Assembly: GCF_037042905.1 (NCBI RefSeq)
Contig: NC_087251.1
Location: forward strand, 44,580,001 to 44,644,000
Direction of reading: 5' to 3'
Source: Lytechinus pictus
Lineage: Eukaryota
Length of the DNA: 64,000 nt
Made by a program: the position numbers and the translations under genes. The notes beneath the pieces are model-generated. The model was not told the DNA's origin. It did not search any database and saw nothing but the letters and a program-made list of their open reading frames with translations. Shown in pieces: positions 48,199 to 63,100 of this stretch. Positions within the stretch are counted from its first letter, which is position 1; the number at the start of each line of letters is the position of its first letter.

Positions 48199-51100
48199 AT
48201 GGCAAGTCGATCTAAAACCCATCAACCTGTAAAATACAAATCTAAACGGGTTTGTGAGGAGAAATTTGATTGCGACGGATCGAATGCTAGCTACGAATGC
48301 TTGAATTGCGGAACAAGACAGTGCGAACATTGTGAGCAACTTCTGCACAAACCAGAGAGACCAAAATTTGCAAGTCACATTAGACGAAAAATTGAGCAAC
48401 TTCCTTGCGCTGTTGAATGTGCCCTGTGCCCATATAACCCTGCAGAATTTTCCTGCTTGGAGTGTAGAACTGTAATTTGCCAAGACTGTAATAAGGAATA
48501 TCATCGAGGGAAGTTAACTGGACATCGACGCACTCCGCTACGTACAAAACAAAAACAGAACAAAGAGGTGGTTTACAGTGATACGACGCAACAAAGCCCG
48601 ACGAGCGAGATGAATCCATCAAAATCTTCGCCAGAAAACTGTCTGCCTCTTTCTCCATTTCTCGATTCTTTAAGTGAGCCAACGCCATGTGAAATCAAGG
48701 AGAGGCAAACTACAATCTTAACCGGGGATATTTCATCTTCTTCGACAGGATTAAACCTTATTGATGAGTTAACGTTGGACTCGGATTTCCACAGTTTGAC
48801 AATGCTGGATAAGAAACCTTCGCTATCTACTCCAGATGACAACGATATAGAAAGAGATGATTTTTTGTCTTTGGAAAGTGTAAGCAGTGGCCAGAGTGGA
48901 CTTAAATCATTGGAATTTCTCTCGGGACACTTTGAGAGCGTGGAGAAACCCTCTATTGCACAATCGAATGCAATAGCCATACCCAAGGCTCCAGAGAGCA
49001 ATGTAAACAGAAGTGCAGGTGGTGGCATGACAGTGACTCACAGAACAACACGGGCTCACGGCAAACCCGGAAGTGGTAGGAATGTAAACAAACATGGTGC
49101 AGGAGCGGTGCATGGTGATCATGGGGAGAGAGTTGTGACATCAACAGGGAATCCCCAAGGCACTCACCCCAAAACAGAGGACATTCAAAGCAACCAACCA
49201 TATCTGGACCAGACTTTGTCTCCAAGCCCAAGGCATTCCGAGTTCTTCAGGTCCAATTCTGGCTCCGGGGAGTGGACCCCTACTCAGGGCCAACCATTGT
49301 CGCACAGTTTGGAGAGTTCTGGAGGCCGGAAGAGGATGGAAGCGATTGTGAAACCTGTCGGGAGTGTGAAGGCTGTACCGTCATCACCCAGAGAGAAACA
49401 AGTGGAGAGCCAAAAGAAGACTCCATCACCACCACCACCAGCACCAGTGAATGAGCTTGCTGACATGGAAGCTGCTGAAGATGAGATTGATCTTGTTGAT
49501 CCTAACCATGCTAAGGGCTTTCTACTTGTTGATGATTCAGAGACACTTCAGGTAATTAATATTCTGTCTTTTTTATAAAGCAAATTAACTTAACTTGATA
49601 ATATAATATATTTTTTTCAATTTGGGTTGCTGTCACAATAGGAACTCTCACCAATTCAGATTTTGTTGTAATAAGTAGATCTATATTTTTTCTAAATAAG
49701 AGCAAGCCATGAAATCACACCTTAAAATTTGAGTGCATTTTTATTTTCATTATTATTCTCTCCTTGCATTTTACTTTTGCAATTTTGCTCCCCACCCCCC
49801 CTCAAAAAAAAAGAGGCATGGATTTTCTTGTAGTTTTATCGTTTTGAGGTACTTGCAAAGGGGGTAACTACATGTATATCTGGTAATTTTAGTTACTTTC
49901 CTGGGGAAGTGTTCTTTCATTTTTATTGAAAATTATTGGGTATATTAGTTATGGAGGTACCAACAAAGTCAAAGCAAAGGTCTCGACTCTATTAGTTGTG
50001 GCATGTTTGTCTCAGAACCTGAAAGTGATTTTTTTTTTTTTACTTTTAGAGAACACTCGTAATTATGACTTGATTGCTTCGTCTCTGCTTGTTTATATCA
50101 AGACAAACATCTTGTCTGACACCCTTGAACTCTAAAAAGTTGTTGCTATGTCATGGCAATACAGTGCCTTGCCTGAACAATGCTTTAGAAGCAATTTTCA
50201 TGCATTCATTAAAGGAGAATGAAACCTTTGGATCAAGATAGCTTGTGTGAAAACAGAAAAATCAAAGAAACAGATCAACCAAAGTTTGAGAAAATAAGAG
50301 CATTTGAATATTGCGATCACTAATGCTATGGTGATCCTCACATTGGCAATGCGACAAAGATGTGTGATGTCACTTGTGAACAACTCTCCCCATTACTTTA
50401 GTATATATTTCACTTAAACTGCCTCTTATATCACATCTATCAGTAGAAGTGTTCTTTCTATAGGAGGGCATGTAATACAGATTTATAAAGAATACATTAT
50501 GGATAAAGAGTTTGTATCACCATAAGAACAAGCAAAAAGAGACATTTTTGGGGTATTTTATAGTCCATCTGAGGGAAAGTTGTTCACATGTGACATTACA
50601 CATCCTTGTCGCATTGCCAATGGGAGGATCTCCATAACATTAGTGATTGCAATATTCAAATGCTCATAACTTTCTCGTTATTTGTCTGATTTTTCTCAAA
50701 CTTTCTTTGTTCTTATTCTTTGATTTTCCTTTTTCGACATTAGCCTACTTGTTCCAAAGGTTACATTCCCCTTTAATGTTTTGGTGGCAGCAGTGGGATT
50801 TCCACAGTCTGCATTTAGGATTACTGTGTTGAGCTGTTTAAGACAATGTTTTGCTTTGTGATTTTCATACAATTATCATGCAATTTCAAAGTAAATGTGA
50901 AAATGATATTTGTTAAGAGGAAAATGATATTCATATTGAGAAGAGGAAAATGTATTTTATCATAATTGTACTATGTTCATGTATACATGTGAAATAGTGT
51001 GAATTATATTATGCTAAGAGATATTAATCCAAATTTCAAATCTTAAAAAAAGAAAGTAATCTCTTGCACTTATTTCCATCCATTGAATCTTTGAGAAGAT

Positions 51101-54100
51101 TTGAATTTAACTTTTGAACTTAAAGGGATGCTCTGGGCTGAAAATATCTAAATAAAAGTAAAATTCACAGAGCAAAATGCTGAAAATTTCACAGAAATCT
51201 GATAACAAAAAATTTATAGTGAAGTTATTGATATTTAATGTTTAGCAATATATTGTGAAAAAATTTATATGCACGTCATTATGAATATCAATTAGATGGG
51301 CTGATGTTGTCACATTCCCACTTTCCCTTTTCTTAAACCTTTATACCGCATCTACTGAAAAAATGTTGTGTCTGCAGTCGAGTTTCCATGTCTAGCTTGT
51401 ACTGTACATTGTCTTCCTATCTTGGATAAATTGTTATACTGCATCTGTGCTATTTGTGTTTTGCTGTGCCAATGCAGTGACTAAATCACAATTCCCATGC
51501 ATGAACATAATGCCACGCAGACCAAAACTTGTCTACATGTAGTTTTGTTTTGTTATGTTATTACATGAAATCATAATTGTTTCATTTTTTCATACATGTG
51601 TGAATGATGTATCTCCCTTATAATGAAATAAGATGCAGCAAGATAATGCACTTATTATTCCAATATTTTTGGCTCTGGAAGGAAAAAATGTGAATAAACC
51701 TCATTTCATATAACAAATGGTGATATGACATCATCAGTTTGCTCACTTTGAATATTCATGAAGGTATGCCTAGAACTGTTTCACCAGATGAATGTAAATC
51801 TTTAAAATGCCATAACTTTGTTATTCCTTGTGTGATTTTGATCAAATTTTCAGCCTGGAATACCCCTTCAAGCACTCTCTTTAATAATACCAATATTATT
51901 TTGTCTTTTCAAAATATTTGTCAATTAAAGACAAATTCCATATTTATAAATGTATTCTGAATTTTTTGTTTGCTTCCATGCTTGGGAAGTTATTTTCATA
52001 CTGGTCAAATTGAAAAAAAAAACCCACTCAACAAGTTAGGCCTACATGTACTGTATCAGGTGATGGATGTACAAATACAATGACATTTAAAAACAAATGT
52101 AAATTGTACATATATGGAACATCATGGCTGGGCTGATGAAACCTCATATCTCAAAAAAAATTGAGGGTATGCTTAGAAAAGGATGTATTGAAAAATATAG
52201 CAATGGTGGCAGTCTCATATTGTCTGAAAACAGTCTTGTGATACCTGTGAAGAACTCTTTCAAGGTAGAAGAAGGTTGCTACCCATGTTATGAGTCTAAA
52301 ATCTAGCTTATTCTGAGCTGTCATCAAATTATTTATTGAGTTTGAGATACAGTACAAGGTTTATTAGCCCAGCCACAATATATAAGATTTTATAACATCT
52401 TTTGCACAATATTGGTTTTATGATATACACTGTAATCTCATTTTCAAAACTAAAATAGCTTTAATCAATCCATCCATTGTTTGCAATTCAGGTGAACTCA
52501 GCAGAAGCGTTGGTGGAGAAATTAAAGTGCGAGTTGAAGACACCTGTCAAAGTAATCTCCATCTTTGGGAACACAGGAGATGGCAAATCTCACACCCTCA
52601 ACCACACCTTCTTTGGAGGGCAGGAAGTGTTCCACACCTCCCCTACCCAGGAGTCCTGCACCATCGGCGTTTGGGTAGCCTACGACGAAAGAACCAACAT
52701 CATCGTTGTGGACACGGAAGGCTTGCTAGGGGTATCCAACAACGAGAACAAACGCACCAGACTCCTGCTGAAGGTGATAGCCATCTCCGACGTCGTCATC
52801 TATCGCACAAGGGCTGATAGGCTGCATCGAGATCTCTTCCAGTTTCTGGGGGATGCGTCAAAGGCATACCTGAAACATTTCACTCCAGAGCTGAAATTGA
52901 CTTTGGAGAAGTGTAACATTAAAGGACCCGTGTCAACCCTCGGACCGGCAGTGATCGTGTTCCATGAAACCACTCATACATTACCACTAGGAGCTGGTAA
53001 GCATTAATCAAAAGCTTGCATTTTGTGGATTACACACTGTTTGTTAGTAGTGTACCGGTACATGTGATGTAACTGGTATTATCAAATTGGTTGTTAAGTT
53101 TGGGATAAAATGATCTGTAGTGTTGTTAAGTCATTTTAACATGATGATGATGACGATGATGGTGATGATTGATGACGATGGTGGTGATGATGATGATGAT
53201 GATGATAATGAGGATGATGGTGGTGGTGGTGATGATGAGGATGGAGATGGTGGTTGTGTTGATGATGGTGATGATATTGATTATGAGGATGATATATTTA
53301 GTAGTGTGCTTTCATATCATGTATTATTTCCAAAGTCTTTACTACCGGTATTTATTCAGTGTACCTTTTTTCATTTTTCTCTTTTAAAGGTAATATGCAC
53401 ACATTTTGGTATTAATAAGAATGCTCTAAAGTCCAAATAGCTTTCTTCATAATCATATGTACAATTGTTTTACCCATACACTTGCCTCATATATAAAGTA
53501 CAGATTCGTCTGAGAATGCAACAAATTTTATACAATATTTCACTTTAACCTAGCCAGGAATATATCATTGTTTTTATGGAAGATTGAGAAGATAAGATAA
53601 TAATTAGTAAAGAAAATGTGTTGACAGAAGCTGGAAGAAATAACAGGTGCCTGGTGGGTGATGCGACATTTGCTCCGGTCTTAATGGCATAGGGTTAGAG
53701 TTAATATTGTAATAGAATTTTAGGTTGAGAATAATGTGAAGATAAGGATTAAGGTTCATTTAGTTCTGGAGGTTACATTTTATGTTTTGCTTAACGTGCA
53801 TATTTTTCATCGGAGCAATCGTCGTCAGAGCAAATGTCATGGAACTGCCTTGTGGTCACTCATCACTTGTGGGAACAAAGGATCGCAAAATGGGTTTGAG
53901 CTTGCGTAATCAACCAGAGTATTGTTAAATGTGGCTCGGATGCAGTGTGCATCTCATGTACAAAGAATTTATCAAATTAATATAAATTCAATATAAATCG
54001 CGGAAGAGGTTTACGGTACACCATACTGTGTAAAGTCCTGGAGGGACTGAGATAAGAAAAGTGGACTTTACACATGGTGTAAGCCTCTTCAACGATTGCT

Positions 54101-57100
54101 CATACCACCATTCAAACCTTTATTACATCATCCAAATTCAATATTTTGCAGACAGTGATAGGCCTACAGTTTATGCTATTTAGTAGAAACAATCATACTG
54201 AATGAAAATGAATCAATGAGAGGGAATACTGAAAAACTTGACTTCCTTGTTTCACTATGAGCAACATGCTATTTTGTACCAATGTATCTGCCTTTTTATA
54301 GTCGTTATGTAGCTGTTTTGTAGCCCTTTCAAAAAATGGCTGAAAAACTGCAAATTTTGTCCATTTATGTTTAACTCCATCTATAGGCAATTGGAACGGC
54401 TCCAAAACTGCATAATGGACAAAATTCACCACCCCCCCCCCCCCATTTTACAGAGCTTGGTTTACTGTGATTGTCTATCAGTTTGCTTGGAATGTTTTTC
54501 GTTTTTTTTGTGGAATAAACTAGACTTTCATTTTAGAGGTTAGCCTAACCATTGATAAGCCTAATGTCACTCATTCCTTGAAGAAGTGGGCTACATGTAT
54601 GCTTAAAGTTAAGCTTCAAGTACATGTATAAATCTTTGAAGTCCTGTCCTGTCTAATATACAAATATACCAGTCTTCGAGTAAGTGTAGCGGGAATTATT
54701 TGTCCGAGGTTGGAATGGTATTAAAGTATAGTATACATGTAGAAAAATAGTAATTTGCCAGTACAATTGAAGATGAATAATTCCCTCTATACTTTCGAAA
54801 TGAAAGGCCAGGGGACCGTTTCATGAAGTTGTCAGCACTGACAACTTGACTTTCTCCGACAGTTACCATGGTAACAGTCAGAGGTAAGTGCCTCTCAGCC
54901 AATCAAAACCTAGGATTTCACTGAAATTGTCAGCTCTGACAGTTTAGTCAGCAATGACAACTTTCATGAAACACCCCCCCTGTAATTTATATCCTACATT
55001 TAATAAGTTAGAACAACAGATCTTGATAATCCAGTTCCTCTTTTTTTGATCTGAACCAAAATATAGATAACCCGCTGCGCTGACTTTTCCTGAAGCTACA
55101 GTATTTGTGCCTGCGGCCATGCCTGCGCCCGAGAGATTGCATGGTCTGTGTCAATGATCTGTGATGTCAATGATGGAATAGTGCACTATTCCATCATTGA
55201 CATCACTGAATAGTCATTTTTCTTCAGTGCGCGTTTCATTTTCAACATCATTTCAAAGTAGTGAGAATATGTTTGGTCACATAATGCTATTTAAACCAAT
55301 CAGCATACAGGATTTAATTTATGTAGGATATAAAAGAAAACTATTCCTCATTGTCACATTGTGTTTGATGTGAACTTGACTTATTAGTCTAAACAGGTTG
55401 TTTGACCACCCAAGAATTAAACTATAAGATAAAATTGTACCTTTCAATCAAAATGAATTTATTATATATATCAATATTGCCATTATCGAGGCTCACAAGC
55501 TGTCAAAACATAAAGTTCAATAAACCAGTATCAATAAGTTTTGGAACAATCTGCCTCAATTCAAATTAGTATAATGTAAATAAACTAAGTATTGTGACCT
55601 GCTATTCCTATTCAAAGGAAAGAGCATAAACTCTGTGTGTGTTTATGAAAACAATGTATATACTATACATATACCGACTTTATATTATGGGGAAAGTTCA
55701 GTTTCTCAAGTCTTCACTCATCACCCGGTGTCAGACGCAAATGGATGAGCAGTGCCGAACGGAAGACGATATGAGGATGAACTCGCGAATGCGATGAACT
55801 TGCCAAACTAGAAGAAACCGGATAACCTAGATCTCGGGACGTTCCCGTGGATAACGTAGCAATCGTAGAACGTCGTAAGACGTCGAAGAGGCCGTGAACG
55901 TCACAAGACGTAGGACGTAGCTAAACGAGGAGAACTATGGCGATACATGGAGACACGGAACGTCAAAAGACGTGGATAAACCATGGAGAAAAACGGCCGT
56001 CTGGAAGAGAATACGCAAGGATTAACAGCCTACAGTCCATATCATTTCTGTTATTCAAATGGCTTATAATAAAGTAAATGCAGAGTACATTCAAGCAGGT
56101 CACTGAACTTTCTATACTTGCTTTCGAGTACCTAATAGCAGTGTCCTAACTCTGAACAAGTGAAACATTAATCCTAACAAAGCGTCATATAAAAATCTCC
56201 ACTCTCCTTAGTTGACAAGTGTTTAACATTTGTAGTAAATAGACTAATTGTCTTGATAAATGACAAAATAGCTTTCAAGTTAAAAATATTGGACAGTTAA
56301 GTCACTTCCTAAAACAATCATTTCATGACGTGTGTAAGGCATAAAATGTATCATAAAGTGTATGACATAAATATAATATCCGATATCTTTACATGTATGT
56401 CTTATATCTTAGTCTTTAAATAGCATACTTATCCTTCGTCATGTTCAATTGTAATACAAATTAACATAACAGTTTCTAAATGTTATCAAAGCCTTCCATA
56501 ATTATATGGTAAAATAAAACATCAACTTACAGTCTGGACCTTGAATTCCAACCAGTGAACCAACCACTGCTGGCTTACATGCCACTCCAAATATCAAAGG
56601 CGTGGCACCAAAGTGCTGGCTTTCCCAGCCAAGGAGCTGCTGCACCCTATGCTTGCTTATCTGCAGTCTGCTGAGCATTTGCTTGCATTGCCCTATGCAG
56701 TGCACACACACAATAGCTATCAAACACAGTGAGGGGTTGCCTACTCTAGCAGTCAGGTTTGGTCTATTCATAAACAAATTAAGGAGTTACTCAACCAAGT
56801 AGGCTCTTCCACTGGCTAGTAAAGGGGAGTTTGAATAAGCTTCTGACACTCATATCCCTCTAATTGTATTCTCAGTATGCTCTTCCAAATCTCATCTCCC
56901 TCCTCATGTTCTTCTTCCTGTTGGCAGTCCAACCACAGAGGAGCTCTGGGGGGCTCAAGTCGGCGGATACTCTCCTCCAGGAGCGCTTCAAGGAGCATGG
57001 GTGCCACATGGATGCCTTCAGCTGTGTCCAGTACATTGGTATCCAGACCATCAAGCCTCCGACCCACTTCAAGCCCCTGAAAGAGGCCATCCTGACCCAC

Positions 57101-60100
57101 GTTTATAACAGCACCGTTCGGTCTCCGAGGTCGCCCCAAGTTGTATACCTCGCACTGAAGGTGAGAAGTGGTACAAGTTTTGATGCAGCATCAGAGCTTA
57201 AATTAAATTTCAATATTTCTTAGGGCAAGGCCATTTTTTGTATGGCTCATTTCTGTATTCCATTTCCAACATGAATGGGACAAAATTCAAAGGGCACATA
57301 AATATCCAAGGACAATGAAAAAAGGCATTAAGAGTTTTAATAGGGCGTCCACAGCCACAGCCATGACCTTTATTGTTCTTCAATTCCTATAATCCCTACA
57401 GAATTATGAGAAATGAGTGATTGTTATCATTTTGTTTCGAACGATAATGTGATACACAGCCTATAAGCACAGCTACATACACATCTTTACTTCTCTTTTA
57501 ACCCCAGCAAATTAATAAGAGATAACATTATTAGCTGCTCATGGCATCTCAGTCATATAACAAATTTGAATTAGGACCACTGTCTTACAGAGGGGGGGGG
57601 GGCAAGATCCCCTCCCCCAAAAAAATTTTCACGACCAATGAAAAAAAAGAAAATAAAGGAAAGAGAGAAGGGTAAAATATGATGTTATTTTCTGAATATT
57701 GTATCAAAAGCTATCACAAAATTTGATTTTTGTAATGAAAATGTCAAAAATTTTGCTCGCTCGCAACTTTAAAAAAAATGTACGCGATATGCCATATCTA
57801 GCCCCCTCAAAATTTTTGTCTCATCATGCCACTGATTGGGACTTTAAATAGTTTTAAGAGAAATTAACCAGGATGTTCACAGAGAAAATCACATTTTATA
57901 ATATTGTTGCAAAGTTCCAACTCTTATTAAATTATAGTTAAGAGAAATTAACCAATAAGTAAAAGAAATACTTGGTTATATACAAGGTAAATGATTTTAT
58001 TCGTTTGGATATGATTAAAATTTTTACAATTTCACTGGAAAAGCATGTGTGCAAGTTATCTTGCATTCCTTCTTTATGATTGCAGGGCCTGAATGATAAG
58101 TTCAGTGGTGCGATCGACCGTGAGGTTCCGTCTCCATTCCCCGACGAGTACTTCACCTGTTCCACCCGATGCCTCTCCTGCAACGCTCGTTGTACCAACA
58201 CTATGAACCACGTCCAAGATAACATCATACATGAGAACCTGTCACGCTGTAAATATCAGCACCAGTTCGATAACAGGGTCTACATATGCAAGGTAAGTCA
58301 TTGGGTGATTTTTTTTTTTTACCTATTTTAAAAAAAATATTCAACTAGTAATACAAATTAGTGGCTGAATTCCTAGTCTAATTTGCCTGTTTATTCTGCA
58401 CTTGATACGAAAGATATCATTGAAAGCTACATATTTATTGATAACTAATTTAAAATATTTATGAAGTTTCAGGTTTCCAAAGTTAGACAGGTCATAACAC
58501 TGCATGTATGTATCATTTAATATTTTAAATTCATGTATATGTTTATATCCACTGAAAGTGGGGCAGAAGGTATATTGCCACAGTTATTCATTTAGCTATT
58601 GCTGCCCCCTTGCATACTAGTGGTTAATTTCTATTCCTATTGTTCTTTCTTTGATACTTAAATTGTATGTATTCTTTATGTAATTTTCATTTTGTTGAAT
58701 GAATAATAATAATATTAATAATAATTAAAGTCATTGGGTGATTTCTAGGAAAAAATTTGATCTTTTTTTTGGTGTAATCCCACATGTTATTTTGAAGTGT
58801 ACATTGTAGGTAACTAGACTAAGCAGCCTGATTCACACAACTTAAATTGTTAATTTCTGGTAGTTGTACATTGAAATGGTGTTTTGTTTAGTTTGGTCAT
58901 ATGGAATCATCTACTTTGAAATGTAAACAACGAAGTTCGTTCATGCAGCGTAGATTGATTCACCCTTTGTGTGTGCTAATCCAAAGTCTAAGGTGAAGGG
59001 GACATAGAGATTATAAGAAATGCTGATAAGTAATACACGTAGGTTTCTTCAGTCATTGCAAGAAAAAAAAACTTAGGGAGTTTCATAATCAGTGTTTGAC
59101 ATAATTTTTGTTTTACTGTAGAATAATGTTATGCTTGCTACCTGATGACACAGATTGAAACTTCCCATATATATTTTTTTTCTGTATGAGTGTATCACTG
59201 AGGTACATGAGTAATGGTAGTAAACATGTGATCATTACGAGGTGGACAATTAATGTTGTCTCAAAGTGAACAACTGATTGAAAGTTTACTATTGAATGGT
59301 CAAGATGTAAACCATTATCATGAATAAAGACTTTAATTTCAAGAAATCCCATCTGCCAGAGGTTCTTCCGTTTCCATCTGTGATATTCCATACCAGGTGG
59401 GTGTTTCATAAAGCTGTTCGTAAGTTAAGAGCGACTTTAAGAACGACTGGTGATCCTTGTGGTAAATGGTATATTCATTGGCGATGGTTCAGCGCGTTAG
59501 AATGGTTCACCAGTCGTTCTTAAAGTCGCTCTTAATTTACGAACAGCCTTATGAAACGCCCCCCTGGGCCCTGCTTCATAAACATTACTGTTATGGTAAC
59601 TTTTGCAATCTAATGACAATTACCATGGTAACCAGTCCATTCATAACAATCAAGCCCAAGGACTCTATAAAAGTTACCATTGGATGGCTAAATTACCATA
59701 ATGGTGACCTTTATGCAACAGGGCCCTGGCCTTCCCACAGTTGGGTGCCAACTTCTGCGAGAACATGTTCATAATCATGAAATGTAATGAGAATATAAGG
59801 TCCTCGGCTAAGCAAGGAGTTTCATGCACCTGCCCATGCTCGAGGCAGTATACATTCCTCTTACTGACCCCATATTTTGCCGCCAGAAGGAGTTCGTAGG
59901 AACCCTTGTATTATTTTAGTTAATGATGATGATGATGCACATCATTTGTACAGAGCCATATATCTGTCAAAGACATTCAAAGGCGCATTTTTGGAGGAGC
60001 CAGCCAATCTGGGTCGCCTAGAAAGGTGCGCACACAGAACTGTGACCCGCAGGTCATGCTTCAATAAAGGCCGGGCTGCTTACTAAGTCTAATTTGTTTT

Positions 60101-63100
60101 ACTTTGACAGCAAATCACAGCTTGTCGTTCAGCATCTATGGTTCTACTATAAATTTTGTTTTGTTCAAGCATTTTGTTCATTTAAATTTTAATATGCAAT
60201 TTTACTCTGATGAATGCTTGTCATAATGCTTCAGTATGTCCATTTTCAATGCTATTTTCTTACAATATTTGTGTTTTTCTTTTATCATAATACAGAGCTG
60301 CTATCAGGGTGGGCAGGAAGTAGTAGTAGTACCAAAGATGTGTTCAGCTACTGATAACTCCTGGATGGGCATGATCAAATATGCAGTCTCGGGGTAAGTT
60401 TACTTTGGGTATTTCACAAAGAATCATGCCCAGGTCACACCCAACGTAACCAATGCCAATCCAACCAATGATTTGTGTTTTGAAAATAACCGGTCTAGAT
60501 TTGGTTTTGCTGGTGTGATCTTGGCTTTAGATATGACTTTGATCCTATACTGTTTGCATCGCCTATATATATATTTTAGTTGAGAGAACTTTATGCTGAT
60601 TGTTTTATGTCATATTCGCTACATTATTTTCATTGTGAGAAATTAAAAAAAGAAGGAGAAAAAATCATGCGACCACATAGCAAAATCCGCTTCATTTAAG
60701 ACCATTTTATACACTGTTATAAACAATTCTACTTGGCTTGATCTAATCATTTGATGAGTGTGTATGCCAATACAGTTTTCTAGAGGTTGTGACTTTATTT
60801 TTAAGTGTATTTATTTTTGTTGACCTATTTTTGATTAGGTTTGTGTTGGAATGTCCACACTGTGGTGTTATCTATCGTAGTCGGCAGTATTGGTATGGCA
60901 ACCAGGAACCGGAGATGGAAGCAGTCAGAACAGAGATTCGACATGTCTGGCCTGGGGTATGTTGACTTTGTCGACCAAAATTCAGAAAAAAAAGTTCTTT
61001 AAAGGGCAAGTCCAAACAAATAAAATGTTGGTTTGAATAAGTAGAGGAAAATCAAATAAGCATATTGCTAAAAATTCCATCAAAATAATTTCTACAAAAT
61101 AGTTATTTGGAAACATTGATATGCAAATTGGAGAGTCAGTTGAATCAAACACTCGCTTTTTGTATTTTATTGTATGAATCTTACTTTATTTCAAATCTTA
61201 CAGATTTGACAATAAGGAAGCATGTTGATTAAATCGTAATAGGTTGTAATTAATGAGGAATCGAACTGTATTTCACATTATAAGGAAGAAAATTAAGATG
61301 TTTTATATTTCATATAATGAAATACAAAATAAATAGAGAGTGGGTGATGTCTTCTATAATACAATTCATGTTTATCTCAGACTTTATTAATAAACATTGA
61401 TCTAATTTACTATACCAGTAACCCATATAGTTTGTCCTGGGGGGTTTTTCACAAAGATTTAAGTATGACTTAGAGTCGCTGTCTAATGCCTAGTTGCGCG
61501 CGGTATAAAAGCCATGACCCATTGGTCAGATCATGCAGAGGACGCGCAATACTGCATATTGATCAATTAGATTGCGTGTTGCATTTCAGATACGCTTCGG
61601 CATTTAAGTGCGATTTAAGTCATACTTAAATCTTTGTGAAACACCCCCCATGTCATACTGTATATTATTGCACAGAGAATCAGAGATATGCAGTGCAGTT
61701 TGCTTATTTAGCATATTCTTATTCATGTGCTTCATACCTTTGTAAAGCTCAGTCTTAAAGTCTTAGGCCCTCTGTTATTTATAAATTCTGATCCCTATTT
61801 GATATTAGGATAATTGAGATAAAACATTGTATTCCATACATTATTGATTGCTTTCCATACAGGGTAGCACAGTGCTACAAGGGACTCACAACGCAGGGCG
61901 ACGTCTGCTGGATGGAATACATCAGGTAGTGGATGTAGTCAGTAGTGTCAGTGCTAAACCAACCACTATGATGTCACAATGGATGATGGACCAGATTGCG
62001 CCTCCGTACTGGAGACCAAATGCCGAGATCACGGTAAGATTCCAATTTTGCCCCCCTTTTTTCCAGCATCACTGTTTTATTCACTTTTACTGCCTAATGA
62101 ATGCCAATGACAGAGAATGAACGTCATGTTCTTGACCTCCCAATCTCTTTATTCATTTATTTATTTCATATTTCCAGTTTTATTTTAACAGGGTAGCCTC
62201 TTCAGTTGACAAACATGCTATCACTGGGGGCCCTGTTGAGGTGCTCATGATATTTATAATGTTCTTTCTCTTTTTCTCCTCCCTATTCAAGACCGACATA
62301 AAAAGTCAGTGAACTTCATTGTGAATGACCCCACCTCCCAACTTGTATTAGTTCTTGTTTGAGTTTTTTCTTCTTAATCTTAACTAGTCTCTCTTTCCTT
62401 CCCATTCACCACATTGTCAATTTGTTCCCTATAAATACCTATTTCTATCCAAAAAAAAAAGATTTGAGGTGTCTATACCCCAAATTGGCTAAAATTTGAA
62501 GAAAAAAAATTGCCCGTTATTAATTTGTAAACTACTCTTTATAAACTTCCTTCAACAATGTAACTTTATGCCTTCTCATTGTCAATGACAGTTTAATAAG
62601 AGTTTTTTTCACCTTGGTTACTTGATTGATTTAGTCTCTTATATATACAACCTGTTTTATTGTACATACTCAATCAATAACAATGATCTAGATTAAATAT
62701 GGAAAAATTTGAACTCCTAATAAATGACTGTACTCGGAGTTCTATTTCTGTCTTTTTACTCAATGATGTAGTAATAATGGATCTAGTAAGACCATTCCTA
62801 AACCCAGAAGCCAGTATCGAACATGCCATATCTCACACATTAGACATGACACTCCTGCATGAGGGACTCTTGCTTATCCCCCAAATCTCTTTTTCACACC
62901 TGTATCACAGTCATGCTTCCCTATTTTGAATCTCAGGCATCTCTGCAATGTCCAAGACTTTATACCATTGTCCATACCTATAATTTAACTATGAGCATTT
63001 AAAGGGTCAAAGTATGAGTACTGTAAGCATTTTATTCCTGAGGTTGGAGGTCCTATAATTTCATGCTTTTGTGGTAATTTTCCACATCGTAGGAAATTAA

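Noticed and set aside
48151..49466. Minus-strand ORFs overlapping ZFYVE1 exon 1
   Set aside because: They are antisense shadows of a long coding exon and have no recognisable motifs.
53120..53440. Acidic or Met-rich ORFs
   Set aside because: These are translations of a GAT/GGT microsatellite in a ZFYVE1 intron.
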